From positions 85,017,923 through 85,081,922 of the forward strand of contig NC_085844.1 of assembly GCF_035594765.1 (NCBI RefSeq): a DNA stretch of 64,000 nucleotides, in the 5' to 3' direction. Source of the DNA: Anolis carolinensis (lineage: Eukaryota). Under the pieces are notes generated by a model, which searched no databases, was not told where the DNA came from, and saw nothing but the letters and a program-made list of their open reading frames with translations. Of this stretch, positions 36,665-48,500 are shown piece after piece. Positions within the stretch are counted from its first letter, which is position 1. Every line of letters begins with the position of its first letter. The translations under genes and the position numbers were made by a program.

Positions 36665-37895
36665 TTATCTTGGTTTGGAAAGATAGCAGATCAAGGTCCC
36701 CAATTTACATCTAAGTTTTGGAAATCCTTCGTCAAACTGATGGGCACTGAGCGGGTGCTTAGCACAATGTTTCATCCCAAAACAGATGGGACCACAGAGT
36801 GGGTCCAAAAGACTTTGCAGCAATTTTTGAGGTGCTACAGCACTTACCAACAGGACCAGTGGAGTGCCTATTTGAATTTTGTGGAATATTCTTATAATAA
36901 TTTGGACCACTCATCGACAGGGGTATCTCCATTCAAGGCAGTGGGAGGCTGAGATTTCCTGCCTTTCCCCGCATTGGAAACATGTGACTCGACAGGTGGG
37001 ATGCCGAATGAGTGGGGTGAGAAGAAGGCTGCCTCCTGGCCAGTGATACAAGCCGCATTAGAGTTGGCCAAACAGGTTTACAAAAAGTTCGCAGAAAGGT
37101 AGCGGGCTGCTCAACCTGACTTCAGAATGGGGGACTTAGTCTATCTGCCGACAAAATATTTAAAATCCACTCAGCCTTCTCTGAAACTTTCCTCTAAATA
37201 TATTGGCCCATTTCCCATCTCTGCTGTTATCAACTCAGTAGCCATTCGATTGGAATTACCTAATACTTAGAGAAAAGTCCATCCTGTATTCCATGTTAGT
37301 CTCCTTATACAAGCCAGTACTTTCCATAAGTGGAGTAAACCTGACTCTGACCCTGTTCCAATTATGGTGGGTGCTCACACACATTTTGAAATCAAGGATA
37401 TTTTTGACTCTAAGATATCTCGAGGTCAGTGGTTTTACCTGGTCCAGTGGGCTTCGCAGGCCCTCCATCCTGGGTGAGTGGTTGCTGAGCATGTGCGGGC
37501 CCCCAAGTTGACTTGTTCATTGTTTTCCTTTCTTTGTTTTCCTTTTTTCCAGGGCCGCTTTCCTGGAGGGGAGTTATGTTGGCTTGTACTGAGCTGCTTC
37601 GTCCACCCCATGCTATGACTGTTGAGAGGGGGAGGCTGGGAATGAATTTCTGATAAGGGCTATCTGGAATGGGGGAAATAGAAATTGAAAAAGGATCTTT
37701 GGTGGGAATGGAATGTACCTAGTAGACTATAAATAGTGTGAGGGGTCATGGGTCAGCAGGATGATAAACACAGGAATTGGAAGGAATTGTTCAGAGCTGT
37801 CTTCTATTTCCAGTAGTAAGAAGGAAAATAAAGCTGTATCCCAGGAATTGCTTTTGTGAGTGTGCTTTTATTCTGGGAGCTTCCTGGTTCTGACA
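36665..37895 (+). mobile_element. Ty3/Gypsy chromovirus remnant: integrase, GPF motif, chromodomain, polypurine tract and 3' LTR (37577-37895)
   Basis: PQFTSKFW...FHPKTDGTTE...LQQFLRCY...YSYNN..HSSTGVSPF; KYIGPFPI...LELP...VHPVFHVSL; FEIKDIFDSKISRGQWFYLVQW. PPT ggaggggag precedes a TG...CA LTR with TATAAAT and AATAAA. Confidence 0.92.
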
Positions 37896-38004
37896 CCAGT
37901 TGTTTTATTGCGAGGTTTTTTGGTGATACCAACCTTGAGCATTTGGGGTTGGGATCCACAATTTAAGATTCTGTGCACTAGAAAAGGTATAGGCACATGT
38001 ATAA

Positions 38005-38202
38005 AAGGTAAAGTAAAGGTTTTCCCCTGACGATAAGTCCAGTCGTGACCGACTCTGGGGGTTGGTGCTCATCTCCATTTCTAAGCCGAAGAGCCGGCGT
38101 TGTCCGTAGACACCTCCAAGATCATGTGGCTGGCATGACTGTATGGAGCGCCGTTACCTTCCCACCTGAGCGGTACCTATTGATCTACTCACATTGGCAT
38201 GT
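38005..38202 (-). mobile_element. Sauria SINE, 5'-truncated
   Basis: Matches the 3' two-thirds of 26027-26355. Confidence 0.92.
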
Positions 38203-39274
38203 ACAATTTCTCTGCTAGCATGTGATGCAATATGAACCAGTGGCAAGAAAACAAAAGTGCACAATTTCTAGATCATGGGAGAAAGGACCATTCATATTCC
38301 AGAAAGGTTGGGGGGAACTTGATATAAAGCTGCTGTTCTTGGCAATAGTCTAACTTTTGTGTAAGCTTTAATTCCATGGATTGTGTTAAGCTTGCAGTGG
38401 GATTTGCTTGTAAATATGCACAGAGGCAAAGAAAGGAGACCAGAGTTCCCACTTTAAAGCATTCTTGGCAAGTTTTTCTGTAACAATTACACATTTGTCA
38501 AGCTTTGATAGCCTTCATGTAGAAATACATTTTGATTCGGTGCCATGAACATCACCCTGTAGTAATAGACAGGGTATAGTAGACTGCAGAACTGCTTGCT
38601 TTTGTTTGGATATTGTATTGTTCTTTTCTCCCCTACAGGAAAATTCATTTAGAAAGTCAGTCATTCCACCTGACACTTTCTGGTATGCATATCATGCCCT
38701 AATTTCTAGACTGGAATATCTGACCTAAAAAAGTGTCGTTGGGAATCGAGCTTCAGTTGTTTCATTGTAATAGGACCTGCAGGCTAGCCTCTTAAAATAC
38801 CAAAGCAGTGTGCTCCCTGCCAGAATGCATTTTTGTTTCTTTTACTTTTTTGCTATTCCCCCTCCCTTTCTCCTTTCAAAGTGCTTTTAGTTTTGGAATA
38901 ACAATGAAAACAACTGGACTAAAAAAGCTGTTGAGAGAGCTGGTTCTAGCCATAAGTAAACCCAGGTATATTCCTAGTCCTTTGCTTTCTCATTGCACTA
39001 GTCCATGATCTCAAAAAAAAAACCTGTTGTAATATCCTTATAATTTTATGGAATAGATATAGTCTAATAGAGCTGTAAATATGCACTACGTTTTAATCAT
39101 AATTTTATTAGAAGTATTCAAGGTGCTAACCCATATTCTCAAAATGATTCATCATCCTTGATAGGTAGTGAGTTTTAGTCTAAAATCCAGATTAAATATG
39201 CAACTTCACTCTCATGGAAGTGAACAGCCATCATTGACTGGTTTTTCAAACTATGAAGTCCTGTTCGGGCCAAA

Positions 39275-39736
39275 CCACAAAGACCTGGGAGGCAAAATGG
39301 AAGGGTCTCATTTCCAGAATAAAGGTGAAAGATAAATATAAGGAATTAAATAAGATTATCCTCAAGATTGAACAACTATAATAAGTATAGCAAGATTAGT
39401 AAACTGTTCTCAGGGGGAAGAGGGAAGGAGGGATAAAGAAAGAGGGGAAACAATGTAAAACGGGATACAGGATAAGAAAGAAAATAAAATGAGTATTTTT
39501 GAGAACCTCAGACAGATGGCTATGTATAAGATTAATAGGATTCTGAGTGATAATACAAATAGCTGGTGAAATCAAGGGAAACGTTTACATGCTTGATCAT
39601 ACTGAGGTATAAGTATTCAATAGTATTTCTGTACCTTCATATTACGTAAGGATAAGTTCATGGGTGTGAATGGGGAAGTGGTGGGATTGGGGAAAAATAC
39701 TTGTATTTTGATTGTGGAATATCAAGATTGTATGTC

Positions 39737-39794
<58 letters not shown>

Positions 39795-39803
39795 CAATAA
39801 AAA
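39275..39803 (+). mobile_element. Degenerate L1-like 3' end with G-rich UTR and (TG)n(TA)n microsatellite
   Basis: A-rich strand bias, G-rich tract at 39662-39692, AATAAAAA at about 39796. Protein motifs are heavily eroded. Confidence 0.5.
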
Positions 39804-40271
39804 AGGGAATTAAGTATGAAATCCTGTTCCAATTATCACTGAATACTTTGACAAATGAGACTGTGATATGTCATCTTCAATAATTGAAGCTCAGTGATAG
39901 CAGCAGAATGATGTCACAGGGAGTGTCTGTAGTGATGTAATCAAGCTTGAGGTATTAAGCTTTATTGAGATATTAAGCAGTAGCCATATTTGCTCAGATG
40001 CCATACTAAGAAATACATAAAGTTATCATAAATAAAATAAAAATCTATTTTTCAATCTATGCATTAACAGAAGAAGAAAAAGCAAACTTTCCTGACTCCA
40101 TATCCATTGTGGTCCAAAACTCAGCTTTTAACTGCTTATAATTTACTGTTGTTACATTGACTATAGGTTCTTAATGTGTGCAGTTGTTTTTTATTAATAA
40201 AAATAAACTTTTATTAATAAAAAGAATCAAGAAACTTTCAACTGGAAAGAAAGGGAAAAGAGAATGACATT

Positions 40272-40593
40272 CCTGGCGAAGTGTGTTAAAGCACTGAGCT
40301 GCTGAACTTGCAGACCGAAAGGTTGCAGGTTCAAATCCCGGGAGCGGAGTGAGCGCCCGCTGTTAGCTCCAGCTTCTGCCAACTTAGCAGTTCAAAAACA
40401 TGCCAATGTGAGTAGATCAATAGGTACCGCTCCGGCGGGAAGGTAACGGTGCTCCATGCAGTCATGCCGGCCACATGACCTTGGAGGTGTCTATGGACAA
40501 CGCCGGCTCTTCGGCTTAGAAATTGAGATGAGCACCAACCCCCAGAGTCAGACATGACTGGACTTAACGTCAGGGAAAACCTTTATCTTACCT
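40272..40593 (+). mobile_element. Sauria SINE, near full length
   Basis: Nearly identical to 26027-26355. Confidence 0.95.
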
Positions 40594-40599
40594 ATGTAA

Positions 40600-40845
40600 T
40601 GTTGTGCTGTTGTGTGTCTTCATTGTCAGCTTACTATGACCATAGGGCAAAGCTGTGATGATGCTTTCTTCGTAAAATTTGTTCAAGTTTGACCTCAGGC
40701 AGAGGGAATATCATTTTCCACTCAGTCATTGAAACCCACTGAGTAACCTTGTGCAAATTACACATTCTTAGCCCCAGAAACTCCTATGATAGGATTGCTG
40801 AGAGTTGCCATAAGTTAGAAACAACTTTAAGGCACACAACAACAG
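40600..40845. mobile_element. Two decayed ACASINE-like SINE fragments in opposite orientation
   Basis: gttgtgtgtcttca at the left, and gaaacccactgagtaaccttgtgcaa...ccataagttagaaacaactttaaggcacacaacaac at the right. Confidence 0.5.
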
Positions 40846-41164
40846 CATGTGTTGGCCCACCATTAAACAGTTGATTCAGCGCATCTACTGTGATTGAGAC
40901 TAACAGATAATATTCTGAAATCTGTATCAATTTCAAATAGTAATGTCCAACTTTAAATATTTGATTGTTGCTTCTATCTCCCTTCACCTCCAGTCCAAAT
41001 TCATTATTCACAAAAAGTGAGAAACACCACATTGAGAAAGGGAGCACCTTGCAAGTGCTCTTAATTGCCCGGTAATAATTCTTATTCTTCACTAAATGTT
41101 GAAGCTTTCTGATTGTCATTCAATTCATTGTATGTGTTGACTTTTGTTCACCTCATTAATTTCA

Positions 41165-41320
41165 AAGGGTTTTCTTAGGCAAGGAAGTCTCAGAGGTGGT
41201 TTTGTCAGTTCCTTCCTTTGAAACATAGCCTGCAGAACCTGGTAGTTATTGGCATTCTCCAATGGTTGCTACCACTCAAGTAGTAACCAGGGCTGACTCT
41301 GCTTAGATTATAAGCTTACA
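41165..41320 (-). mobile_element. 5S rRNA-derived SINE fragment
   Basis: The minus strand reads ctaagcagagtcagccctggttactacttg, matching 5S AGCTAAGCAGGGTCGGGCCTGGTTAGTACTTG, then a non-5S body shared with 62059-62160. Confidence 0.7.
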
Positions 41321-41343
41321 GGCAGTATATTTTGAGCATTTCT

Positions 41344-41494
41344 TAATGGCGCTCCATGCAGTCATGCTGGCCACATGACCTTGGAGGTGTCTACGGACAA
41401 CGCCGGCTCTTCGGCTTAGAAATGAAAATGAGCACCAACCCCCAGAGTCAGACATGACTGGACTTAACGTCAGGGGAAACCTTTACCTTTTACT
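41344..41494 (+). mobile_element. Sauria SINE, 3' half
   Basis: Matches the 3' half of the other copies. Confidence 0.92.
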
Positions 41495-42682
41495 TAAGGA
41501 TAGCATGAATATTGCTTCTTGATTTTATGTTTTCTTTTATACTAAATATTTTATGTTTGTTACATGCCCATGTACACACATAAAGGGTTTGTACAAATAT
41601 TGGTAAATAAACCGTTGTGGTAATATTCAGTAGTCGAACCACCAGAAATTAAACAGGAGTGATGAGACAGGATAGATGCATGGGCTGCCAGTAGGATGGT
41701 CCTGGTCTAACAATACTAAGAATAGTACAAGACTAACAATAGTTTTAGAATGCCTACCTATCAGACCACAATTCACAAATTGTATTTTAGGTATATTAGG
41801 CACTTCCAGTAACAAAATTTTCTTTAAGCAACTTAGAATAAAATGCAAATCAAGAGCAAATTAAACACAGTATACAGTAATATAAAATAAAGCAATTATG
41901 CCCCCCCCCCCCAAAAAAAAGTAGTACCATCTGATTGTATTACAAACTAATCTGCCTGGACATTGCCAGAAAGATAGGATGTTTGTCTGTACATGCATCC
42001 ACAAATAAACATCCACACATTATTTATTATGGCAGCAGAACACATTAAAGCTGCTATTTTAATTATATATGTTTGACATTAGGATGTCACCACAGCCGGT
42101 GTGGTCTCATGGTTTGAAACCACTACAACATGTTGTCTGTCTAAGTCCATTCAGCTCATTCATTGGCGTTATTCTAGTTATATAGAACTAACAATAGAAT
42201 TTAGGCCATTCTCTTTAAATGGTATAATTAATTATATGCACTCATCATCTCTGAGGTTACATAACTTTCAAATGACAGTTTTGAACTGATGTGTACAACA
42301 AACTATTTACTTACTCTGCCAGGGAATGCTACATCATTTCTGCCAAAAGAAAACTTGGGACTTGGGAACTATATACATATCAGCATCATTGATTTTCTAG
42401 ATCCCTAGGCAAACCATCTCAGTGGAGATGGGTGTATAGATAGATAAATAGCATAAAAGACAAAACAGTGTGACTGCCATAGATTTTTTTAAAAAAAAAA
42501 AAAAAAATCTGTGCCTCTTACACCAATGAGCTGCTCCAAAGGATACTTTTATTATGGTATTTGAGAAACTTAAAGGACCACCTTTTTTTTTGTACAGCTG
42601 TGATTAACTTTTTCAATAGAAGAACTAACTGGGTTGTTGTATGTCTTTCGGGCTGTGTGGCCATGTTCCAGAAGTATTCTTT

Positions 42683-42723
42683 CCTGATGTTTCGCCCACA
42701 TCTATGGCAGGCATCCTCAGAGG
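42683..42723 (-). ncRNA. Minimal hammerhead ribozyme motif (inverted pLTR)
   Basis: Minus strand: cct-CTGAGGA-tgcctgccatagatgtgggc-GAAAC-ATC-agg. Confidence 0.78.
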
Positions 42724-42777
42724 TTGTGAGGCATGGAGAAACTGGGCAAGGAAGGTAAATATATATCTGTGCAGCGA

Positions 42778-43124
42778 AAGACAAGAGGGATCCTCTCTCC
42801 TCTGCAGGAGTCTACCGGATACCATGCAGCTGTGGACAAGTCTACATAGGGACCACCAAACGTAGTGCCCAAACACAAGTCAAAGAACATGAAAGGCACT
42901 GCAGACTCACTCAACCAGAGAAACCAGCCATAGCAGAGCACTTGATGAACCAACCTGGACACAGGATATTATTTGAGAACACAGAAATGCTTGACCACTC
43001 TAAGAACTATCATGTCAGACTACACAGAGAAGCCATTGAAATCCACAAGCATGTGGACAACTTCAACAGAAAGGAGGAAACCATGAAAATGAAAAAAATC
43101 TGGCTACCAGTTTTAAAAAACTAA
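42778..43124 (+). pseudogene. Penelope GIY-YIG endonuclease C-terminal reading frame (5'-truncated, uninterrupted)
   Basis: SAGVYRIPCSCGQVYIGTTKRSAQTQVKEHERHCR...AIAEHLMNQPGH...REAIEIHKHVDNFNR. Confidence 0.88.
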
Positions 43125-43360
43125 AAAATCAGAATAGTAGATGGGAAGCAACACTCTGAGGGCAGAGGAGCCCCAGGGATGGCTAATGACTTTGAACAAA
43201 GGATGCCCCCCAGGCAAGACACGAACCTTTCCGATGCTAACTAGGGTGATTAACTGCAACATTTACGCTGGCTTCCAACTGTCAAAGGACTCTCGTCACA
43301 CCCTGGACTCTCCACAGATTTATATTTACCTTCCTTGCCCAGTTTCTCCATGCCTCACAA

Positions 43361-43401
43361 CCTCTGATGATGCCTGCCATAGATGTGGGTGAAACATCAG
43401 G
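43361..43401 (+). ncRNA. Minimal hammerhead ribozyme motif (3' pLTR)
   Basis: cct-CTGATGA-tgcctgccatagatgtgggt-GAAAC-ATC-agg. Confidence 0.78.
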
Positions 43402-46400
43402 AGAGAATACTTCTGGAACATGGCCACACAGCCCGAAAGACATACAACAACCCTGTGATCCCGGCCATGAAAACCTTTGACAACACATTGAAGAACTAAC
43501 TGTTGGATCATTTGTGGTTTCCCATTTGTGGTATAACTGATGAGGGTGATAGAAAAGGTTCCCCATATGTACCAAAATGTCTGCTAACATAGCAAAATGT
43601 CTAATAATATAGCAAAATAATAATTGGACCATATGATCTGAGGGCTCCCCAGGAGAAAGCCTTTTGAGTTTTCCACAGAAGATGTCTTCCCACAACTACC
43701 TGCTATTGTCTCTTTTTGTTTTAAATTGTGATCTGTTTCACACATATTGTGCACTGAGTTCTCCTATCAAACCTAACTCTGGCATGTCTTTCTCCTGTTT
43801 TATTTAAGAGGAAGGGAAAAAGAAGAAGGAATCTGGGAATATGAAACAGCAAGTACCACTTTTGTGCCATGCATAAACCAGCTTGTAGCACTGATGGATT
43901 CAATGGCTCATCTCTTTTATGGAATACAGGACAGACATTGTGGTCTGGAATGGAAAGAAGGAAGCTAATACATTTATTTTTTCCAGGTTTATCAAGATTT
44001 CTACTGATCTATAACAACAGCCATGTGTTGCAGTATCCCCAACGTAGCAACATCAATAAATTATACCTCTAATTAAATAACAGAGACATGATCAGGCCCA
44101 TGTGACTAGCATAAGATCCATCATGGACTATAGTAGTCAATATTGGGCTTGGGCTCCTCATCATTTGAAAAGGAAACATTAGATTCTCTTTGCAATTATA
44201 TTATAACTTTGTTCATTATATAGAAAGATGTTGGTGTCTGAATTACATATTTTTTCTTAGAATGCTATTTTTAAATAGTTGCTTGAACAGTACTACACAG
44301 TATTAAGTTATTTAGTCAGGGGTTTTTTTTCTTTCCGCCCCCTGCTTCTTTCTGATTATGTGATAAGAACATGAAAATATTTTGAGTTGCAGTCTTCCAT
44401 AAGTAAACACTCATTTTAATTCCACGTGAGCAGTTTGGTTCCCAAACTGCCTTGGGCAATTTGACATTTCATGAATGATAAGTGTCTTTCTTTCTTGAGG
44501 ATTTTTATGGTACTGACAACTGTCAAAAGAAATCACAATCTCTTGCTTTCCTGATATTCCTGACACAATCACAAAATCACTCATTTCCTTGTTACAATCT
44601 TTTTCCCCCCACACTGTAAGCAGTGATTTCATGCCATTTATTTTCATATTGGTTTTGGAAAAAAGTTATTATTATGACACCTGGAAGTAAAACCCATTGA
44701 GTTCAGTGGGCTTAGTTCATACTTAACTTTATAGTTAACTCACACAGGATCAAAACTGAATTGCATTTTTTTATCTGAAGTGTATTCATAGCATGTAGAT
44801 TTGAAGTTTCAAAATCTCCCCATACCTTGTTATTAACTGTATCCTGCTCTGGAACAGAACTTTTAGAATACTTTAATCTAGCAACAAACTTTGATTAAGA
44901 ACATTATTTGAATAAGGGAAGGTACAATGTAAAGCCAGGCAAAAGGTCTCAATGGCAACAAGGAAGGGAAAAAAGCGGTACAGTAGGATTTATGGGAGAC
45001 TTGACTGTCTCTTGCACTACAAGGTACAAAAATTTCAGAAAGTCCACACTTGTTGCAGAAACATTTACATATAACAATAACTAGAAAAACCTGTACAATC
45101 TACAGCCACTCTTCCATCTTAACTCACATAACTTAATATTTGTTGAAGCAAACAAAGAAAAAAAATCCCAGTGCCAATGGATTGTAGTAAAATTGCTTAT
45201 CCAAGAACCTTCCTCAGACAAAAACAAAACAAAACTTCCCTGTAGTTATCCAGTCTTTTCTCTAACTATAAATAAAATGGACAGATCTTTAAAGGAAAGG
45301 GAACCAGAGAAAAAGCAAAACATTTATCTTTTTTTAGCTAAACTCTAGATTAATTTTAAGTTGTAAACCAGTTGCAAAATCAATAGAAAACACATTGGGT
45401 ATAATTATTTAGTGCTGATTTTTTACACACCAAGCCATTAGAATAAACCAATTTTCCTCTCAAATGTACCTTGAACACTAATGGCAGTCCTGCATGGTCA
45501 CTGACAAGTATTTTCCTGTGTACTTTGTCCATGATAGACACTTAAAAAGGGAAAGGATTTTCACTGTTGGTAATATATATTTTTATAAGTTCTCATTGAT
45601 TAGCAATTTTCAGAAGTATGCAGAGGGAAAAATTTTATGCTTTTATTTTCCCACATTTATCTGGATATTGAAGAGCTCTAAGTTTCTTGTTGACAGTTTA
45701 GACCACTGCTTTACATTAATGTGATATTGTGAAAGCTGTGTATCAGCACTGTTTCTATTCCTATAGCAGACCTGTGCAGCTTATCCACTAACCAGTAAAA
45801 AAATCATCCTCATTTCATACACAGCATTACTGTTAGGTGTCCATAGGAAAAGTGAAAAAGTACTAATACAGCCACTTGTGTGGCTTAAAGGGGAAAAAAT
45901 GATTATGTAAAAGTGATCAAAAGAATATTAAGATTTCTATAAAGTTTATACAGAGCTTGGAAAAATTATCTTCTGGACCACTGTCTTCAAAATCCATTGT
46001 CCATTATAATGTGTAATCATTCTAGCTGGGACATTCTGGAAGTTGCATATCCCATAGTGTTAATTTACCAAGGTCTGGATTTGCTTGTGTTAATTTATTT
46101 ATATAGATGGAAATTCCGAAATTCTTAATTGTAATTCATAGAAAATTATGACACAACTCTCTGTAATGAGGAGGGTTACAACCAGGTAGACCATGTACCT
46201 CATCACACTTAACAATGTAAGCATCCTGGGATACTTGCCAGTCATTTGAGGGATGAATGGGCATCACAGAACATCCCTCAACTTCTGGCAGAGGCGTCTC
46301 CCCCAACCAGCATGAAAGCATCCTAGGACACTTCCTCTTCAATACATAAAGGCTCCTAGCCCCATATGATGGGGCACCTAATGTTTTGCCCGCAGGTACT

Positions 46401-46716
46401 GGGTGAGTGGGGTTATAATGTCCTATATGCCTTCACAATCTGTTGTGTAAATGGCCCTTTCTCATGTGTAATATCAAATTCTCTGCTATCTTTTCTTATG
46501 GTTCCTTATCTTTCAACTGGGCTTAACTGATGTCCAGTTCAAATATAGAGTCTTTCATAAACTTTTAGCTTTCTCTGTAAAACGGGAAAGGGGCAAGGGA
46601 TGGGAAGGGAAATATGCTTAATTATAGATTATTAGGGTCTTTCACAATATATAACTGTAGTGCTATGATTTCAGCTTTAACTTCCATGCCAATATCATTA
46701 AATCGTAGATTCATAG

Positions 46717-46983
46717 GGAGCCTCCGGTGGCCTAGGGGATAAAAGCCTTGTGACTTGAAGGTTGGGTTGCTGACCTGAAAGCTGCCAGGTTCGAATCCCA
46801 CCCGGGGAGAGCGTGGATGAGCTCCCTCTATCAGCTCCAGCTCCATGCGGGGACATGAGAGAAGTCTCCCACAAGGATGGTTAAACATCAAAACATCCGG
46901 GCGTCCCCTGGGCAACCTCCTTGCAGACGGCCAATTCTCTCACTCCAGAAGCAACTCTGGTTGCTCCTGACATGAAAAAAAAA
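46717..46983 (+). mobile_element. tRNA-derived SINE with Vingi-like tail (POM-type), inserted in a CR1 tail
   Basis: B box ggttcgaatcc, cctgacatg plus poly(A). Target duplication tagattcatag (46706-46716 and 46984-46994). Confidence 0.9.
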
Positions 46984-47700
46984 TAGATTCATAGAATCAT
47001 TGAGTTGGCAGAGACCTTATGGGTCAGCCAATTAAACCCCCTACCAAGAAGCCAGAAAATTGCATTCAAAGTACCCCCAACACATGGCCATCCAGCCTCT
47101 GTTTAAAAGCTTCCAAAGAAGGAGCTTCCGTTACACTCCATGGAAGAGAGTTCCATTGCTGAGCAGCTCCCACAGTCAAAAAGTTCTTCCTAATGTTCAG
47201 TTGAAATTTCCTTTCCTGAAGTTTGAAGCCGTTGTTCTGCATCCAGGGCAGCAGAAAACAAGCCTGCTTCCTCCTTCCTATGACCCCCTATACAGGGCTA
47301 TCATGTCTCCTCTTAGCGTTCTCTTCTGCAGGCTAAACATGCCCAGCTCTTTAAACCACTCCTCATAGAGCTTGTTCTCCAGACCCTTGATCATTTTAGT
47401 CACCCTCCTCTGGACACATTCCAGCTTGTCAACATCTCCCTTCAATTATGGTGCCCAGAATTAGATACAGTATTCCAGGTGTGGTCTGACTAAGGCAGAA
47501 TAGAGGGGTAGCATGACTTCCCTGGATCTAGACACTAGACTCCTATCAATGCAGGACAAACTGACATTGGGTTTTTAGCTGCCACATCACATTGTTGGAT
47601 CATGTTTAGCTTTTTGTCCACAAGGACTCCAAGATCTTTTTTACATGTACTTCTGTCAAGCCAGACGTCCCCCATTCTGTATCTTTGCATTTCATTTTTG
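46984..47700 (-). mobile_element. CR1 LINE 3' end
   Basis: (ATTCTATG)-type tail and ORF2 C-terminus homologous to 58318-58980. Confidence 0.9.
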
Positions 47701-48144
47701 TACCCTGTTTCAGGGAGAAAATGAACTTATATCTAAAACAAAACATAGAGTAACAAGTATTTTACCAACTGGATAAAAAAATACCCGGGAACCCCTGTAG
47801 ACTTGGGACTTTATTTGGGCTTTACTTGTGAAGACTTTTTTGAGAGCTGTGCTCCATCATTATTTTCTTCATTCCAGTATACAGCAACATGACCAACTGT
47901 CTGTTTACTCTGTTTGGAAGATATTTTCATTGACTATGTATTCCTGAAGCCTATATACATTGGAACCAGTATCAGACTTGGATAACTTTTGTGTTAGAGC
48001 TGTTGCTCCTTTTTATTTTGTCTGGTACTGTCAAATTGAGCTTTGTACAAGGAATTTTAATAATATTATATGCTACATATTTTCTTTGTACATAGACCAT
48101 CTTGTGTTTGTGTAGATACTTTACAAGTATTCTGGGATTTTGTA

Positions 48145-48500
48145 TAGGAGGGATGAAAAGACCATCTGTACATTATCCTGTTTCAGCTTTGTTCTGGGAG
48201 CTTGAAAATAGTTTGTGATCTTTTGAAAAGTATTCCTAGCAGTGTCATTGGTTCCAACATGAATCAACATGAGGAGAGGAGTGTGATGGGGCCTGAGAAA
48301 CCTGGTGAGCCTCTGAGTGACATGGTGTATTTTTGCCCCTGGGAGGCAACATATTTCTCGAGCCATGCAATTTGGTCTGGAAATTGTGACTTTGGTTCCT
48401 CTAAGGAGGGAGTCACCTACTACCAAGACCTGTTTCCTTTGAGGATTGACAGGGGATCTTTTGTGCAAGGTAATGTGTCCCTGTTGAACTGGATTGTGTA
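48145..48500 (-). mobile_element. CR1 ORF1 fragment (SGNH/GDSL esterase-like domain)
   Basis: VLVVGDSLLRG, CCLPGAKI, LIHVGTNDT (SGNH blocks I-III). Confidence 0.88.

Larger units (their letters stand above)
42631..43489 (+). mobile_element. Penelope element with inverted 5' pLTR, GIY-YIG endonuclease domain, 3' pLTR and tail
   Basis: 42631-42771 is the reverse complement of 43313-43453. Target duplication gaagaactaact(g) at 42619-42631 and 43490-43502. Confidence 0.95.

Noticed and set aside
43538-43560. CTGATGA...GAAA as a fourth hammerhead
   Set aside because: The intervening gggtgata cannot form stem II and there is no supporting stem I or III.
46136-46480. Moderately GC-rich stretch that might be a decayed coding sequence
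   Set aside because: No recognisable motif in the frames I translated, so I cannot assign it.
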